DNA of 64,000 nt from Octopus vulgaris (Eukaryota): positions 55,490,001-55,554,000 of the forward strand of contig OX597818.1 of the NCBI GenBank assembly GCA_951406725.2, in the 5' to 3' direction. Numbering within the stretch: position 1 is the first letter of the stretch; each line of letters starts with the position of its first letter. The notes under the pieces were generated by a model that ran no database searches, had not been told where the DNA came from, and saw only the letters and a program-made list of their open reading frames with translations. Of the stretch, positions 12,681-26,417 are shown piece after piece. A program made the position numbers and the translations under genes.

Positions 12681-13677
12681 ATTATTTATGTAAACCTTTA
12701 TCTCTGCGAGGACTGTAAATTCAACGAAACTGGCATGGCTGGATGCGACTCGTGAAGGACCAGAAGAATTTACTGAACGTGTACGAATTTAATAGGAAGT
12801 CATAATGAAAACGGTAGTGTTACTGCCAAAACCGCTGCTTCTGTGCTATTATGGTGATGAAGTTTCGAACTGAGTTGGAAATATTTACATGATGAGTCGA
12901 AGAAACCTATCAGAGTCTTTGAAATTTGCACGGTGGCCTCTATTATCGATTCCGTGATTGGTAGCAGATATTTATATCAACCGGTACACAATCAGGTACA
13001 AAACCGCAACACATACGGTTGCGTATATTTTCGTCATATGATTTGAATTGAGTACACAGCGCATGTAAACTTATGTCAACCGATGTTATGCGGTTAAGAA
13101 AATTGAGTGAAAATTTTCAAATTTGGTATATCGATGTAATTTTTCACGCTGAATCTTGTTTCAGAAAAAATCTTTGAAAACGTTACAGAAGTTAAAACCT
13201 TGATAATTTCTTCCTAGTCAGAAGACAGGATTTGGATGCTGTCATTTTGTGCGTGACAGCAATTATAAGACGTCGAAAAGCTCAGTGGTATTTCTGACTT
13301 TACGATATGTGTTCAAATTCTGCAGAGAACGATTTCATTTTTAATCCTTTTGGGAGTGATGAAATAAGATCCAGTTGAGTACTGGGGTCGATGCAATCGA
13401 ATAGACTGCTCCTCCACCCCGTTCTCCACACCAATATTTCAGGTCTTGTGTCTATTGTAGAGAAAAAAAAGGCTGTAGAAGAAGACAGTGAACTGGTCGA
13501 ATTGGTAGTATCGGAAAAAATGCCTTGTTGTATTTCTTCCGGCACTTTATGTTTTCAGTTCAGATCCCACCAGGGTCAACCTTACATTTCATCCATTCGG
13601 GGTTGATAAAATAAAGTAACAGTCAAGTACGAGGACGGATGGTATCAACTAAACCCTCCCCTCAAAGTTTCTGACTT

Positions 13678-13716
<39 letters not shown>

Positions 13717-13957
13717 GTTTAACGTCCGCTTTCCATGCTGGCATGGGTTGGACGGTTTGACTGGGGACTGGCAAGCCAGGAGGCCGCACCAGGCTCCAAT
13801 CTGATCTGGAAATGTTTCTACAGCTGGATGCCCTTTCTAACGCCAAACACTCCGAGAATGTAATGGGTGCTTTTTACGATCCACCGGCACAGGAGCCAGT
13901 CAGGCGGCACTGGCATCGGCCACGTTCTGATGGTGCTTTTTACGTTCCACCGGCATG
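13678..13957 (-). mobile_element. SINE-E / RTE-like tail ending in (GAT)n
   Basis: Same (TCA)n-GTTTAACGTCCGCTTTCCATGC start as 58132. Confidence 0.8.
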
Positions 13958-14316
13958 GGGAGCCCAATTATTGAATACATATAAGGAGGTGGGATTAGAT
14001 GGGCAAAATCTTCAGCGCATCGAACAAAATGCCATTCGACATTTCTTCTTGCTCCGATTGTATTGACTAAACCTGTTCAAAATTACTGGCCCTGTGCCTA
14101 AACCAGAAACCAATTATTAAGGTGGGGGAGGGTGGAACGGGTATTTTCAGTAAGAGGAGCCACCCGGAGAAAGGGTGTAGTTAAATAAAGAATCCCACAA
14201 GATAAAGGGAGGCATGGAGGAGGGACACGACTGATAAATCGCTGAGCGCAAGGTCGACCCTTATTTTCTTTACTGAGTTAATGTCAACAGACATAGTTTG
14301 GTTAATAGGCTTGCTA

Positions 14317-14359
<43 letters not shown>

Positions 14360-14779
14360 ACATACATACGTACATACATATATACATATATATGTCTGCC
14401 TGGATCCCCTCCTCCTCCTCCTCACTCCTCCCCTCTCTCCTCCCCCTCTCCAAATGCACATATACATCCAAATATATAACTATATATACATATATAAATA
14501 TACACAAGCCACCCATATTATATATATATATATATATATATAGTATATATTTACACATACACACATAAATACAGACATACACGCGCGCACACACACACAC
14601 ATATGTACTGGTGGTGTGTGTATTCGTATCAATGCACAAATGCTGATTTACATATACCTTCATCCTTCATATATGAACATGTATATATATATATATACTT
14701 CTGTTCATGTGTGTAGATTTCACCCACCTCCCTTACCGAACAAATTCAAAAGTACAAATATATACGGCAATGTCAATAA

Positions 14780-14810
14780 AAGTTACATTAGAAATTTATA
14801 AACCCTATAA

Positions 14811-14853
<43 letters not shown>

Positions 14854-14951
14854 TACATATATATACATGTGCATATATGTATGCATATATATGTATAATA
14901 TATAAATGTACAAATATATATATATAAATGCACACATACACATATATATGC

Positions 14952-15020
<69 letters not shown>

Positions 15021-15027
15021 CATATAT

Positions 15028-15058
<31 letters not shown>

Positions 15059-15071
15059 CATATATACATAC

Positions 15072-15105
<34 letters not shown>

Positions 15106-15126
15106 ATATATGTGTGTGTGTGTGTG

Positions 15127-15162
<36 letters not shown>
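14780..15162. repeat. Compound (CA)n/(TA)n/(TG)n microsatellite
   Basis: Directly visible. Confidence 0.95.
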
Positions 15163-15163
<1 letters not shown>

Positions 15164-15649
15164 CTTCGTACACGCATCCCGCTATACATGATACGGTTGT
15201 TTCATAAAAGCAATATTTACCGACATGTGTTCATGTATATAGCTCAATACACAAAGCTATCCTTATCTAAATATATGGAGATAAGAGAATATACTTTTAG
15301 ACAACTCACACTCACACACAGCACACCACACGCGCGCGCTCTTTCATTCACCCCTTTTCCCATAAATATATTATGCTAAACATAATAACGTGGACTTCAT
15401 TATAGAATATTCTTTCACACATTGTAAAAGAGTCATTGAAGTCATTTAAGAAGGCACAAAAACTGTTGTGTTCATGTGGTTATAACTTTGTGAGGAGGTT
15501 GATAATTTGCGTCGCCTCTGTCTGCGACCTGGGCACTGATTCAGTTTCACTTTCACTGCAGACGTCGGAAAATAGTTTCTGTCAAGTTTTTATAGACTTC
15601 AGAGTTTAAAAAAAAAATTGTATGTATGTCTGCCTACTCCCTCTCTCGT

Positions 15650-16237
15650 TTCGGGCGAATGAGTCTGTGGGAGTTTCGGGCAAATGAGTCTGTGGGAATT
15701 TTGGGCAAATGAGTTTGGGAATTTTCGGCAAGTGAGTTTGGGAATTTTGGGCAAATGAATCTGTGGGAATTTTGTGCAAATGAGTCTGTGAGAATTTTGT
15801 GCAAATGAGTCCGTGGAAATTTTGGGCAAATGAGTTTGTGGGAATTTTGGGCAAATGAGTCTGTAGGGATTTTGGGCAAACGAGTCTGTGGAAATTTTGG
15901 GCAAATGAGTCTGTGGGAATTTTGGGCAAATGTGTCTGTGGGAATTTTGGGCAAATGAGTCTGTGGGAATTTTGGGCAAATGAGTCTGTGGAAATTTTGG
16001 GCAAACGAGTCTGTGGGAATTTTGGGTAAATGAGTCTGTGGGAATTTTGGGCAAATGAGTCTGTGGGAATTTTGGGCAAATGAGTCTGTGGGAATTTTGG
16101 GCAAATGTGTCTGTGGGAATTTTGGGCAAATGAGTCTGTGGGAATTTGGGGCAAACGAGTCTGTGGGAATTTGGGGCAAACGAGTCTGTGGGAATTTCGG
16201 ACAACTATGTCTGTGGGAATTTCGAGCAAATGAGTCT
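15650..16237. repeat. 25-bp minisatellite TGAGTCTGTGGGAATTTTGGGCAAA, about 23 copies
   Basis: Directly visible tandem array. Confidence 0.96.
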
Positions 16238-16459
16238 TTAGATATCCTTGAACTTTTATGCAAACAAGTCTACTGTATTGGTATTGGCATACAATTATTC
16301 CGCAATCTTTTTTTACAGATGTCTTTGGCCAAAGAATATGTAGTTGTTCGATCTGGTGTTTGTACCCGTTCTAACTATGAATTTAATAATGTTTATTATG
16401 CAACGCGAGTTCTTCAGCCATTTGGCCGTGTGTATGAACAGTTGTTTTAATGGCCAAAG

Positions 16460-17130
16460 TTAATATCATATGAAACCGAGAACAAGCTTGACCAATGCAA
16501 TTTATAAATTTCAGCGTGAAAGTGAAAATCGCAAACGTCGTGATTCTAACTGTTACATTGATCAGACGAGTACAACACTCTCTCGTAGACTCCGTATGCA
16601 TTTACAACGAGCAATTGCAACAAGCTACTTCACACACCATAAAACAAAGCAACATCGAAAAATATTAACGGATGATACATAAATCTCTCTCTATATAAAC
16701 GGCAAAATGTCTGCGTGTGTGTCCTTTATACAAATCCACAATGTTTCAGTTAGAGGGCTTGCACTTTCTATGGTCATTCAAAACCGTCTAAGGGTGGTCG
16801 TGCACATCTTTACATTTCCCCAGTCATCCCCGCAAAGCCATTAAAAATCAATAGAGGTGACTTTTTTGTGAATTTTCTATCCCAAACCCAATCAAAATTC
16901 CCGAAACTTGATACACCAATTGAATGCCAACTAGCTGTATGTGATTGGTCGGAGATTTGGACAGTACTCGCGTGTATGTGCGCACGCACGCAGCTGTATA
17001 TGCATGCACTAACACTATGACCCGGCGTTGCCGGATCATAGTGCTAGTATTTCATAAAATTCTAACAAAAATAGAGGATTAATTATATAGCAGCAACATT
17101 CACATCACAACACAAAGTTAAAACAAACAG
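16460..17130 (+). pseudogene. Decayed Penelope-like GIY-YIG endonuclease fragment, split by a Helitron
   Basis: ORF 16470-16682 TNAIYKFQ...NCYIDQTSTTLSRRLRMHLQ fits the GIY-YIG pattern (IY...YIGxT...LxxRxxxH). Confidence 0.65.
16684..17047 (+). mobile_element. Non-autonomous Helitron
   Basis: 5' TC, 3' CTAG, subterminal hairpin CCGGC-GTT-GCCGG, inserted between A and T with no TSD. Confidence 0.85.
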
Positions 17131-17657
17131 ACTGACACAACATACACTCGTCGTATACGGGATAAGCACGTGACAGATGACGTATAACTGTAACAGCCGA
17201 AATACGTGTCAGGTGACGTGGAAACCTAACGGTCAAATTCTGGCGGTAAAGTCTGGATAAACAATGTCGGACTAAATATAGAACAAAATCATGATGGTCA
17301 CGGCTAGAATACAATTGGCAGCAAGTCTGCCCAGGCAGGTTCAGCCTGTGGCTAAATATACATACACACATATGTCTGCGTATTTACGCGTTCGTCGGTG
17401 TATGTATGCGCGCGCCCGTGTGTGCACGTGCATGCGTGTATCTATGGGCATGTGTAGATAACTATTTATTCAATAAATATTTATGTAAAACTAAAAATAT
17501 GTTTCTTTAAGACTAGATTTTTATACATCGCGAATTCCTCTGCATAAAAATATCTCATACAGCTTAACTATGTCAACTTAATGTTGATCACGTGCATATT
17601 TGGTGTCTGTGTGCATATGTATAAACACACCACGCACACACACTCGTACACACATAT

Positions 17658-18040
17658 AGCGCAGACGTGGATGCCTGGCTAGAAGTTTGCTTTCGAAGCA
17701 CACGATTCTGGGTTCAATTTCAACGTGTAGCACCTTGGAGAAATGCCTTCTACTGTAGCCTCGGGTTGACCAAAGTATTGTGAGTAGATTTGGTGGAAGG
17801 AAACTGAAAGAAGCCCGCTGTGCGGGTGCGTGTGTGTTTGTGTTTGTCCCCATCACTGCTTGACAAGTGGTGTTGTTGTTTTCATGACTCCCGTCACTTT
17901 GCGGTTCGGCAAAAAAGACCGATAGAATAAGCACCAGGCTTACAATAAGTACTGGGGTTGATTCGTTCATCTAAAAACTCTACAAAACGGTGCCCCAGAA
18001 TGGCCGCAGTCCAATGACTGAAACAAGTAAAACATATAAA
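17658..18040 (+). mobile_element. Diverged SINE-A
   Basis: Recognisable head, GGAAACTGAAAGAAGCCCG and tail. Confidence 0.8.
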
Positions 18041-18184
18041 GATAAAGATAACAACACATACAAACAAGCGAGGTTTGGGAAATTCGAGTACGAGTGGTAT
18101 GGATCCGGGTTCGATCCCACAGTTCAGTACCGGGTGTCTTTTACAAGAGGTCTGAGCTGACTAATGCCTTATGAGTGAACTTGT

Positions 18185-18410
18185 AAGGCGGCGAGCTGGC
18201 AGAAACGTTAGCACGCCGGGCGAAATGCGTAGCCGTCTGCCGTTACGTTCTGAGTTCAAATTCCGCCGAAGTCGACTTTGCCTTTCATCCTTTCGGGGTC
18301 GATAAATTAAGTACCAGTTACGCACTTGGGGCGATGTAATCGACTTAATCCGTCTGTCTGTCCTTGTTTCTCCCCTGTGTTTAACCCATTGTGGGTAGTA
18401 AAGAAATAAG
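18185..18410 (+). mobile_element. SINE-B copy
   Basis: Sequence match to SINE-B. Confidence 0.9.
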
Positions 18411-18441
18411 AAATTATGAAGAAGCTTATTGCAACACAGCG

Positions 18442-18494
<53 letters not shown>

Positions 18495-18801
18495 TTTGTG
18501 CTTATGTCTGTCTCACAGTTTCACAACCGGTGTTAGTTTGTTTGCGATTCTGTAAGATAGCGGTTCGGCAAAAAGTAAAGAAAGGAGAACGATAGAATAG
18601 TTTCCACATTTAAAAATAAGTTCTGTTGTCGACTTGACTGACTGAAAACCTTCAAGGCACTGTTATTGTATGGGAGCATCCAATGATTGCAGGCTGTCGT
18701 TATTTATGCATAGATAAATAGACGTATACATACATACACATACACACATATACGATGGGTATATATACGATAAGAATATATGTATATGTATATATATATA
18801 T

Positions 18802-19088
18802 ATCACCGTGATCACCGTGACCGACCAGGCTATCAGATGTTGCTACACATCGCTGGTCACAATGCGCTTCGCATTGTTTTAGCCTTCAAATGACACCACC
18901 CCGCTGGTTAAGCGAGCAGGCCAACAGAAGAAAGAGTGAGAGAAAGTTGTAGCGAAAGGGTACAGCAGGGATCCTCGTGGAGCTTTAGGTGTTTTTGCTC
19001 AATAAACACTCCCAACGCCTGGTCTGGGAATCGAAACCGCGATCATACAACCGCGAGTCCACTGCCCTAACCACCGGGCCATTGCGGC
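18802..19088 (-). mobile_element. SINE-C with tail type B, within (TA)n
   Basis: Matches 8030-8333. Confidence 0.88.
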
Positions 19089-19205
<117 letters not shown>

Positions 19206-19227
19206 GTGTGTGTGTGTGTGTGTGTGT

Positions 19228-19390
19228 GCAGGAGTGGTTGTGTGGTAAGTAGCTTGCTTACCAAGCACATGCTTCCGGGTTCAGTCACACTGCGTGGCAC
19301 CTTGGGCAAGTGTCTTCTACTATAGCCTCGGGCCGACCAAAGCCTTGTGAGTGGATTTGGTAGACGGAAACTGAAAAGAAGCCCGTCGTA

Positions 19391-19452
<62 letters not shown>

Positions 19453-19660
19453 TATGTGTTTGTCCCCCTAGCATTGCTTGACAACCGATGCTGGTGTGTT
19501 TATGTCACCGTTACCTAGCGGTTCGGCAAAAGCGACCGATAGAACAAGTACTGGGCTTACAAAAAGAATAAGTCCCGGGGTCGAGTTGCTCGATTAAAGG
19601 CGGTGCTCCAGCATGGCCGCAGTCAAATGACTGAAACAAGTAAAAGAGTAAAAGAGAGAG
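19228..19660 (+). mobile_element. Full-length SINE-A
   Basis: Sequence match to SINE-A. Confidence 0.92.
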
Positions 19661-19669
19661 AGTAAAGAG

Positions 19670-19723
<54 letters not shown>

Positions 19724-20054
19724 AGACAAAAGAAGGGGAGGAGAAAAGTTGGGCGGTTGTGGTGGTTACAGAAGGATCGTAGGTAAAGTGGGAATCGCTA
19801 TGAGAGACAAGAAAAGCAAATAGATTTGATGGTGTCTCTGCAGGCTGGAGGTGTAGCTCTGAGGACGACAGTAAAATGATATCACATTGATAGCAAAACA
19901 TAGGTACACTTGCCAAGATGTTTAGAAGGCTATAAAACGCAGATTATACTGGAACCGTGTTTATGTTAGCGCCAATCTACACAGCTGTTACCCCAGGACA
20001 ATTTCACTAAGGCAACGCCAACTTCTCCGCCACTCTATACGCAATACGCCATTT

Positions 20055-20116
<62 letters not shown>

Positions 20117-20361
20117 TCATTTAAATAAACGCTCTCTTTCTCACTTTTTCTCTCTCCTTCCCTCTCTCTCTCTCTCTCTTTCTTATTCTCTCGGGTGTTT
20201 GCCTCCTCTTCTCTCTTATTCTCTTTTTGATATTTCTTGCCCCCCCCACCTTTCTTCCATCTCTGCTTCTGTCAATGGTAATGTGACTATCATAATTGCG
20301 TGTGCGTGCGCGCGTTTGTACATGCACATACACACAGGCATAAATACACCTACATATATAG

Positions 20362-20395
<34 letters not shown>

Positions 20396-20399
20396 CTAA

Positions 20400-20466
<67 letters not shown>

Positions 20467-20499
20467 TGTATGTATGTATTTATCTATCTATCTCTTTCT

Positions 20500-20659
20500 C
20501 TTTTCTCTCTTTTACTTGTTTCAGTCATTTAACTGCGGTCATGCTGGAGCACCGCCTTTAGTCGAACTAATCGACCCCAGGACTTATTCTTTGTAAGCCT
20601 AGTACTTATTCTATCGGCCACTTTTGCCGAACCACTAGGCGATGTTGGGACACACACTA

Positions 20660-20708
<49 letters not shown>

Positions 20709-20900
20709 GGGGGGGTGTTTCTCCTCCTAACATCGCTTGACAACCGATGCTGGTGTGTTTATGTCCCCGTAACTTAGCGGTTAGGCACAAAGAGACCTAT
20801 AGAAGAAGTACTAGGCTTACAAAGAATAAGTCCTGGGGTCGATTTGCTCGACTAAAGGCGGTGCTCCAGCATGGCCACAGTCAAAATGAATGAAATAAAA

Positions 20901-20936
<36 letters not shown>

Positions 20937-21041
20937 GACGGGCTTCTTTCAGTTTTCGTCTACCAAATCCACTCACAAGGCTTTGGTCGGTCCGGGGCTA
21001 TAGTTGAAGACACTTGCCTAAGGTGTTACGCAGTGGGACTG
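20500..21041. mobile_element. Minus-strand SINE-A with a plus-strand SINE-A 3' half (about 20720-20900) nested in its (TA)n
   Basis: Order of segments is tail(-), TA, tail(+), TA, head(-). Confidence 0.85.
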
Positions 21042-21606
21042 ATATACTTTGTCTACTATATATTTATACAAGCAATTTACTGAACATAAATTTTAATAAC
21101 AAAACCTTGTGTGGGCCCCAAAGAGCCATATGGGCCCATGTTGAGAACCTGTGGGATAAATTGTTGATAAAGTGTTCTGCTATATTGAGATATGCCTCTA
21201 TATGTTCTGATTTCGTATCTCATAGGGATAGACTTTTATTTTGAATCTTCCTGTTGTCGATAAACTAAATACCTGTCAGGACTTAAAGCTGATAGTAAAT
21301 CGACCGTATCCTCCCACATTATATGTCGCTTGGTAACTACACAATCAGTATAAAGTATCTAGTTTAGCTTCCTACTAATTATACTCCACTGTCTATCAAT
21401 TTGACTATCATACATGGCAACAGGCGCAGTTTGGGAATAGTAACAAGGAACATTGAACAAATTGAGAGGCGAGGGATATTTTACGCCGTAACTCAACCCG
21501 ATAGAAATGAGAAAAAGAAATAGATGGAGACACAGAATGAACATGAACAATCTTTCTTCAACTCCCCAAATGCAGAACAGCGGTTATAGGCAACAACAAT
21601 TGTTGT

Positions 21607-21770
21607 GGAGGCGCAATGGCTCAGTGGTTAGGGCAGCGGACTCGCGGTCGTAAGATCGCGGTTTCGATTCCCAGACCGGGCATTGTGAGTGTTTATTGAA
21701 CAAAAACACCTGAGTTCCACGAGGCTCCGGCGTACTCTTTCACCACAACTTTCTCTCACCTTTTTTCGTA
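21607..21770 (+). mobile_element. Partial SINE-C
   Basis: GGAGGCGCAATGGCTCAGTGGTTAGGGCAGCGGACTCGCGG head. Confidence 0.85.
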
Positions 21771-23139
21771 CTTCTGCCACAAAGCAGAGGAACCATGGTG
21801 TAACCCACTATGTTGTGGTAAACTTTCAGATCCTAGTCTAGATTGCGAATCCTCTGTACCCCCAGGATAGTTCAGCTCTCCACCCGTTAAAAGCTACCGT
21901 TTATGGAATGAGGATAACAACGTAGCTTTCGCGCCCGTGCAACCGCCTGTCTATCGCGTGTGGTGGGTGGACCTTCAAGTTGCCACACGCATTCTTAGTA
22001 GCTTAGAGTAGGCTCGAGTTTGAGATTATTCTTTGTGGCTAATGGCGTGAGTCCTGATTGGAAGAAGAAGAAAAAGAAGAAGACAACAACAACAACAATT
22101 GTTAATCTCAATAACGTTTGAAATAGCAGAGGAAGGCAACGTTAGGTGGACTGGCTAAGACGGTGTCTTTTGTGACAAAACCGAGTCACTGACAGTCTGT
22201 TACAATTTCATCACTTAATGCTATCTGTCTCATTCCACATGTCCCACAGAGAATGGTTATGGAACTACGGAGTGTCGGTCACTCCCACACTTGCACGAGC
22301 AAATCGACCCCAGGACTTATTCTTTGTAAGCCTAGTACTTATTCTATCGGTCTCTTTTGCTACTCGGTCCCGAGTAGACAGCCATCATCATATTTTAAAA
22401 AATATTTATGAGCGCAGATCTGACTGTGCGGTTTAGAAGAAGCTTGCTTTGACACTGTTTAGTTTCAAGTTCATTCCCACAGCATATCATCTTGAGCGTC
22501 TCCTACAATAGTCCAAGGCTGACCAATACCTTGTAAGTGAATTTCGTAGACGGAAATTGTCAGGAAGCCTGTCGTATTTATATTAATGAATGTGTGTGTG
22601 TTTGTGTATGTGTATATGTTTGTGTATGTGTGTATATGTGTGAATTGTACGTGTGTGTGCGTGTTTGTCTCGCCAATCCGTTCGACAAGCGGTGTTGATT
22701 TGTTTACGTGCTGGTAACTTAGCGGCCGAGCAATAGAGAACGATACAACAAGTACGAAGCTAAAAAAAAGTAATTACTAGGCTGGATTTAAACCTATTCA
22801 ACACCAAGGACCCATTTTATTTAAATGAGTTTTCTCACGGACCATATTTAACATGCTTATCCTTATATATATATATATATATATACATAAATTTTGAATT
22901 TAGTTCACGGGCCCCCAGTACTACCATTGTGAACTACCAGGAGTCCGCGGACCACAGGTTCGGAACCACTGGCCTAAACCCTTCGAAGCGATGCCCCAAC
23001 ATGGCCATGTCCCACTGACTGAAACAAGCAACAGTTAATGATGAAGTTTGTCATACATTTGTGAACAATACCGACATAGGATTTCAGTCACTGATCGTTG
23101 CATGCTACATTGCCAAAGTGTCCTTCCTCCTTTTTTTCA

Positions 23140-23298
23140 AGAGTGGCTGTGTGGTAAGTAGCTTGCTTACCAACCACATGAGTTCCGGGTTCAGTCCCAC
23201 TGCGTGGCACCTTGGTCAAGTGTCTTCTACTATAGCCTCGGGCCGACTAAAGCCTTGTGAGTGGATTTGGTAGACGGAAACTGAAAGAAGCCCACCGT

Positions 23299-23366
<68 letters not shown>

Positions 23367-23585
23367 GTCTGTGTGTATATGTTTATGCGTCTGTGTTTGT
23401 CCCCCCAACATCGCTTGACAACCGATGCTGGTGTGTTTACGTCCCCGTAACATCGCGGTTCGGCAAAAAAGACCGATATAATAAGTACTAGGCTTATAAA
23501 GGATAAGTCTTGGTGTCGATTTGCTCGACTAAAGGCGCTGCTCCAGCATGGCCGCAGTCAAATGACTGAAACAAATAAAAGAGAG
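23140..23585 (+). mobile_element. SINE-A copy
   Basis: Sequence match to SINE-A. Confidence 0.92.
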
Positions 23586-23815
23586 AAGAGAAAGAGAGTT
23601 GGTTCAAATTTCAGTGAGGTTTCATTACAAATCCTATTTTTGACTGTGTGAAAATTATGAAACTTTAAACCTCTATAACTTTCATCAAACATGTTTCTGG
23701 AAAAATTGAAATATCTCTTGAGTTTCAGCTTGGAAAACCACATTAATACACCAAATTTTAAAATTTTCAATAAACTTTGAAATTCTCACAGCTGCAGCCA
23801 AAAAGAAAAGGTCCA

Positions 23816-24468
23816 GGATCTCTTCAGTTTCGTTCACAGATTTTTCAATTATTAATTTTAACTAAACAATTTGAAACTTCGTATACTGGTGTAATTTCTC
23901 ACGCTGAACACGTTTTACTTTCAATATTTTTGACAAAATTTCGTATTTTAGAATATCATTTCGTGTTTAAGTTGTCGTATTTGGGTAATTTTAACCAATC
24001 AATGACGTGTATTCAGCTGAAGAAACTTACTGCTGTATGCGATAGTAATCGAAGAGCAACAACTTCCGGGTCATCTCTATCAAATGTCACCTCTCGTACA
24101 AAGAGGCGATCGAAAACCAAAAGAATAAAGCAAAGCGTGTAATCTGCAACACAAGCAGTAAACAAAAATAAATCAGGCGGTAACATTTAGTAAAGATGAT
24201 CCAGAAGTTGATGCTCTTTGATTACTATCACATACAGTAGCAGCTTTCTTCAATTGAACACACGTCGTTCATTGATTAAAATTACCCAAATACAACAACT
24301 TTAACACGAAATGATTCTCTAAAATACGAAATTTTGTTAAAAATGTTGAAAGTAAACCGTGTTCAGCGTGAGAAATTACACCAGTGTACGAAGTTTCAAA
24401 CTGTTTAGTTAACAAAAAAAAAAAAAAAAATAACTAAAACAAATCTGTGAGCGAAACTGAAGAGATCC
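23816..24468. mobile_element. Foldback/MITE with about 280-bp inverted arms
   Basis: GGATCTCTTCAGTTTCG ... CGAAACTGAAGAGATCC; arms about 23816-24091 and 24179-24468. Confidence 0.88.
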
Positions 24469-24979
24469 GAGATCATATTTGAACTTACTGTCCTAATTTA
24501 ATAGTAGGTTCAACAGAAATTTAACTGTTATTTCTAGCAAGACGAGCGTCCCTGTGTACACAAACAACCTCCTTATCTGACGAGTGTGTATTTTTGAATC
24601 TGATTTCGTTGGAAAGAAAGCTAGACAGCTTTCTTTTAAGACTGAGTGGGAGTGATAACTAAAGACGTCTGTGACAGTGAAGGCAAGTCTTGAAAATTTG
24701 GCTTGTTATTTGTTGATATCTCAGAGCAGGTCACTGAGTGCGAACGATAAAAATAAATAAATAAATATATCAGCTACTTAAGAGAAAGACATACAATAAT
24801 AATAATATATGCCATGAGAGAGAACTGTGATAATTTCTGCTTCAGTGAATTTATTTCTTCTGTAAAATATTTCTACAAAAAAAAAAAAAAAGGAAAAACC
24901 TTAAAACTTGTGTACATTAAATAAAGGGTGGATGAAGTTTTATTTACTAAATTTGGGGCAGTAACGAGGGAATTCACTT

Positions 24980-24998
24980 ACGTGTGTGTGTGTGTGTA

Positions 24999-25035
<37 letters not shown>

Positions 25036-25136
25036 ATGTGTGTGTTTATATGTGTGTGTGTGTGTGTGTGTTTATATGTGTGTGTGTGTACTTGTATATA
25101 CATATATTCACATATGCATTCACACACACACACGCA

Positions 25137-25189
<53 letters not shown>

Positions 25190-25420
25190 GCATACATGTA
25201 TATATATGTATGTTTATATATATGTATGTATGTATGTATATATATATATATATGTATGTTTATAAATATATATATATGTGTGTGTATGTATGTTTATATA
25301 TATATATATGTGTGTATGTATGTTTATATATGTATGTATGTTTATATATATATATATGTGTGTGTATGTATGTTTATATATGTGTATGTTTATATATATA
25401 AGTTTATATGTACATGTATG

Positions 25421-25470
<50 letters not shown>

Positions 25471-25530
25471 TGTATGTATGTATGTATGTATGTGTGTGTG
25501 TGTGTGTGTATGTATGTATATATATATATT
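24980..25530. repeat. Compound TG/CA/TA/TATG microsatellite
   Basis: Directly visible. Confidence 0.95.
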
Positions 25531-25876
25531 TTTTTTTGTAGTTTCAGCTCAGAGCTGCGGCCTTGCTGGTGCACGGCCTTTTTGCTACACTGTTATTACT
25601 GAGAGCCCCCTCAAATATTTGGCACATGGTGAAGAATGGAGTTTGATGTAGCTACCCTCATTTGCACCTCTTGCCGTGATGTAGGTTCATCTGGGAAGAG
25701 GCCCAGCCTTGATTAAAAAAAACCTACATCTACTTTGTGCAGGTTCTTCAGGCTCTTTGGGAGAATATTAAAAAGCTGTGAGCCCTTGAAACCCAGACTG
25801 TTGCAGTAACTGGTCCTGAAGCGCGATGGCGTTGCTGGGATCTTTCGCACTATACAGTGTCAACCTGTTCTGGCAT
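25530..25876 (-). mobile_element. 3' end of a CR1-clade LINE
   Basis: Minus strand reads ...[60 protein letters not shown] (two stops in the fragment); 3' tail has a stem-loop and an A-run. Confidence 0.75.
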
Positions 25877-25964
25877 GTATGTGTGTGTATGTGTGTGTGT
25901 GTATGTATTATGTACTTATGTATATATGTATTTATATATATATGTATTTATGTATGTATATATG

Positions 25965-26007
<43 letters not shown>

Positions 26008-26036
26008 GTATATATATGTATATATATGTATGTATG

Positions 26037-26079
<43 letters not shown>

Positions 26080-26100
26080 GTATATATATATATATGTATG

Positions 26101-26131
<31 letters not shown>

Positions 26132-26380
26132 ATATGTATATATATATATGTATCTGTATATATATGTATATATATGTACTTATATATATATGTATATATA
26201 TATATACATGTTTGTATGTATATATATATATATGCATAAATATATGTATGTTTATATATATATGTATTATGTATGTATATATATATATGTGTGTTTATAT
26301 ATATATGTATGTATATATAGGTATGTATGTATGTATATATATATATACGTACATATATATATATATATATATGTATGTAC

Positions 26381-26417
<37 letters not shown>

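Noticed and set aside
15599-16263. Three ORFs of about 200 aa, or a CRISPR-like array
   Set aside because: 25-bp tandem repeat with no spacers and no cas genes, in a eukaryotic context.
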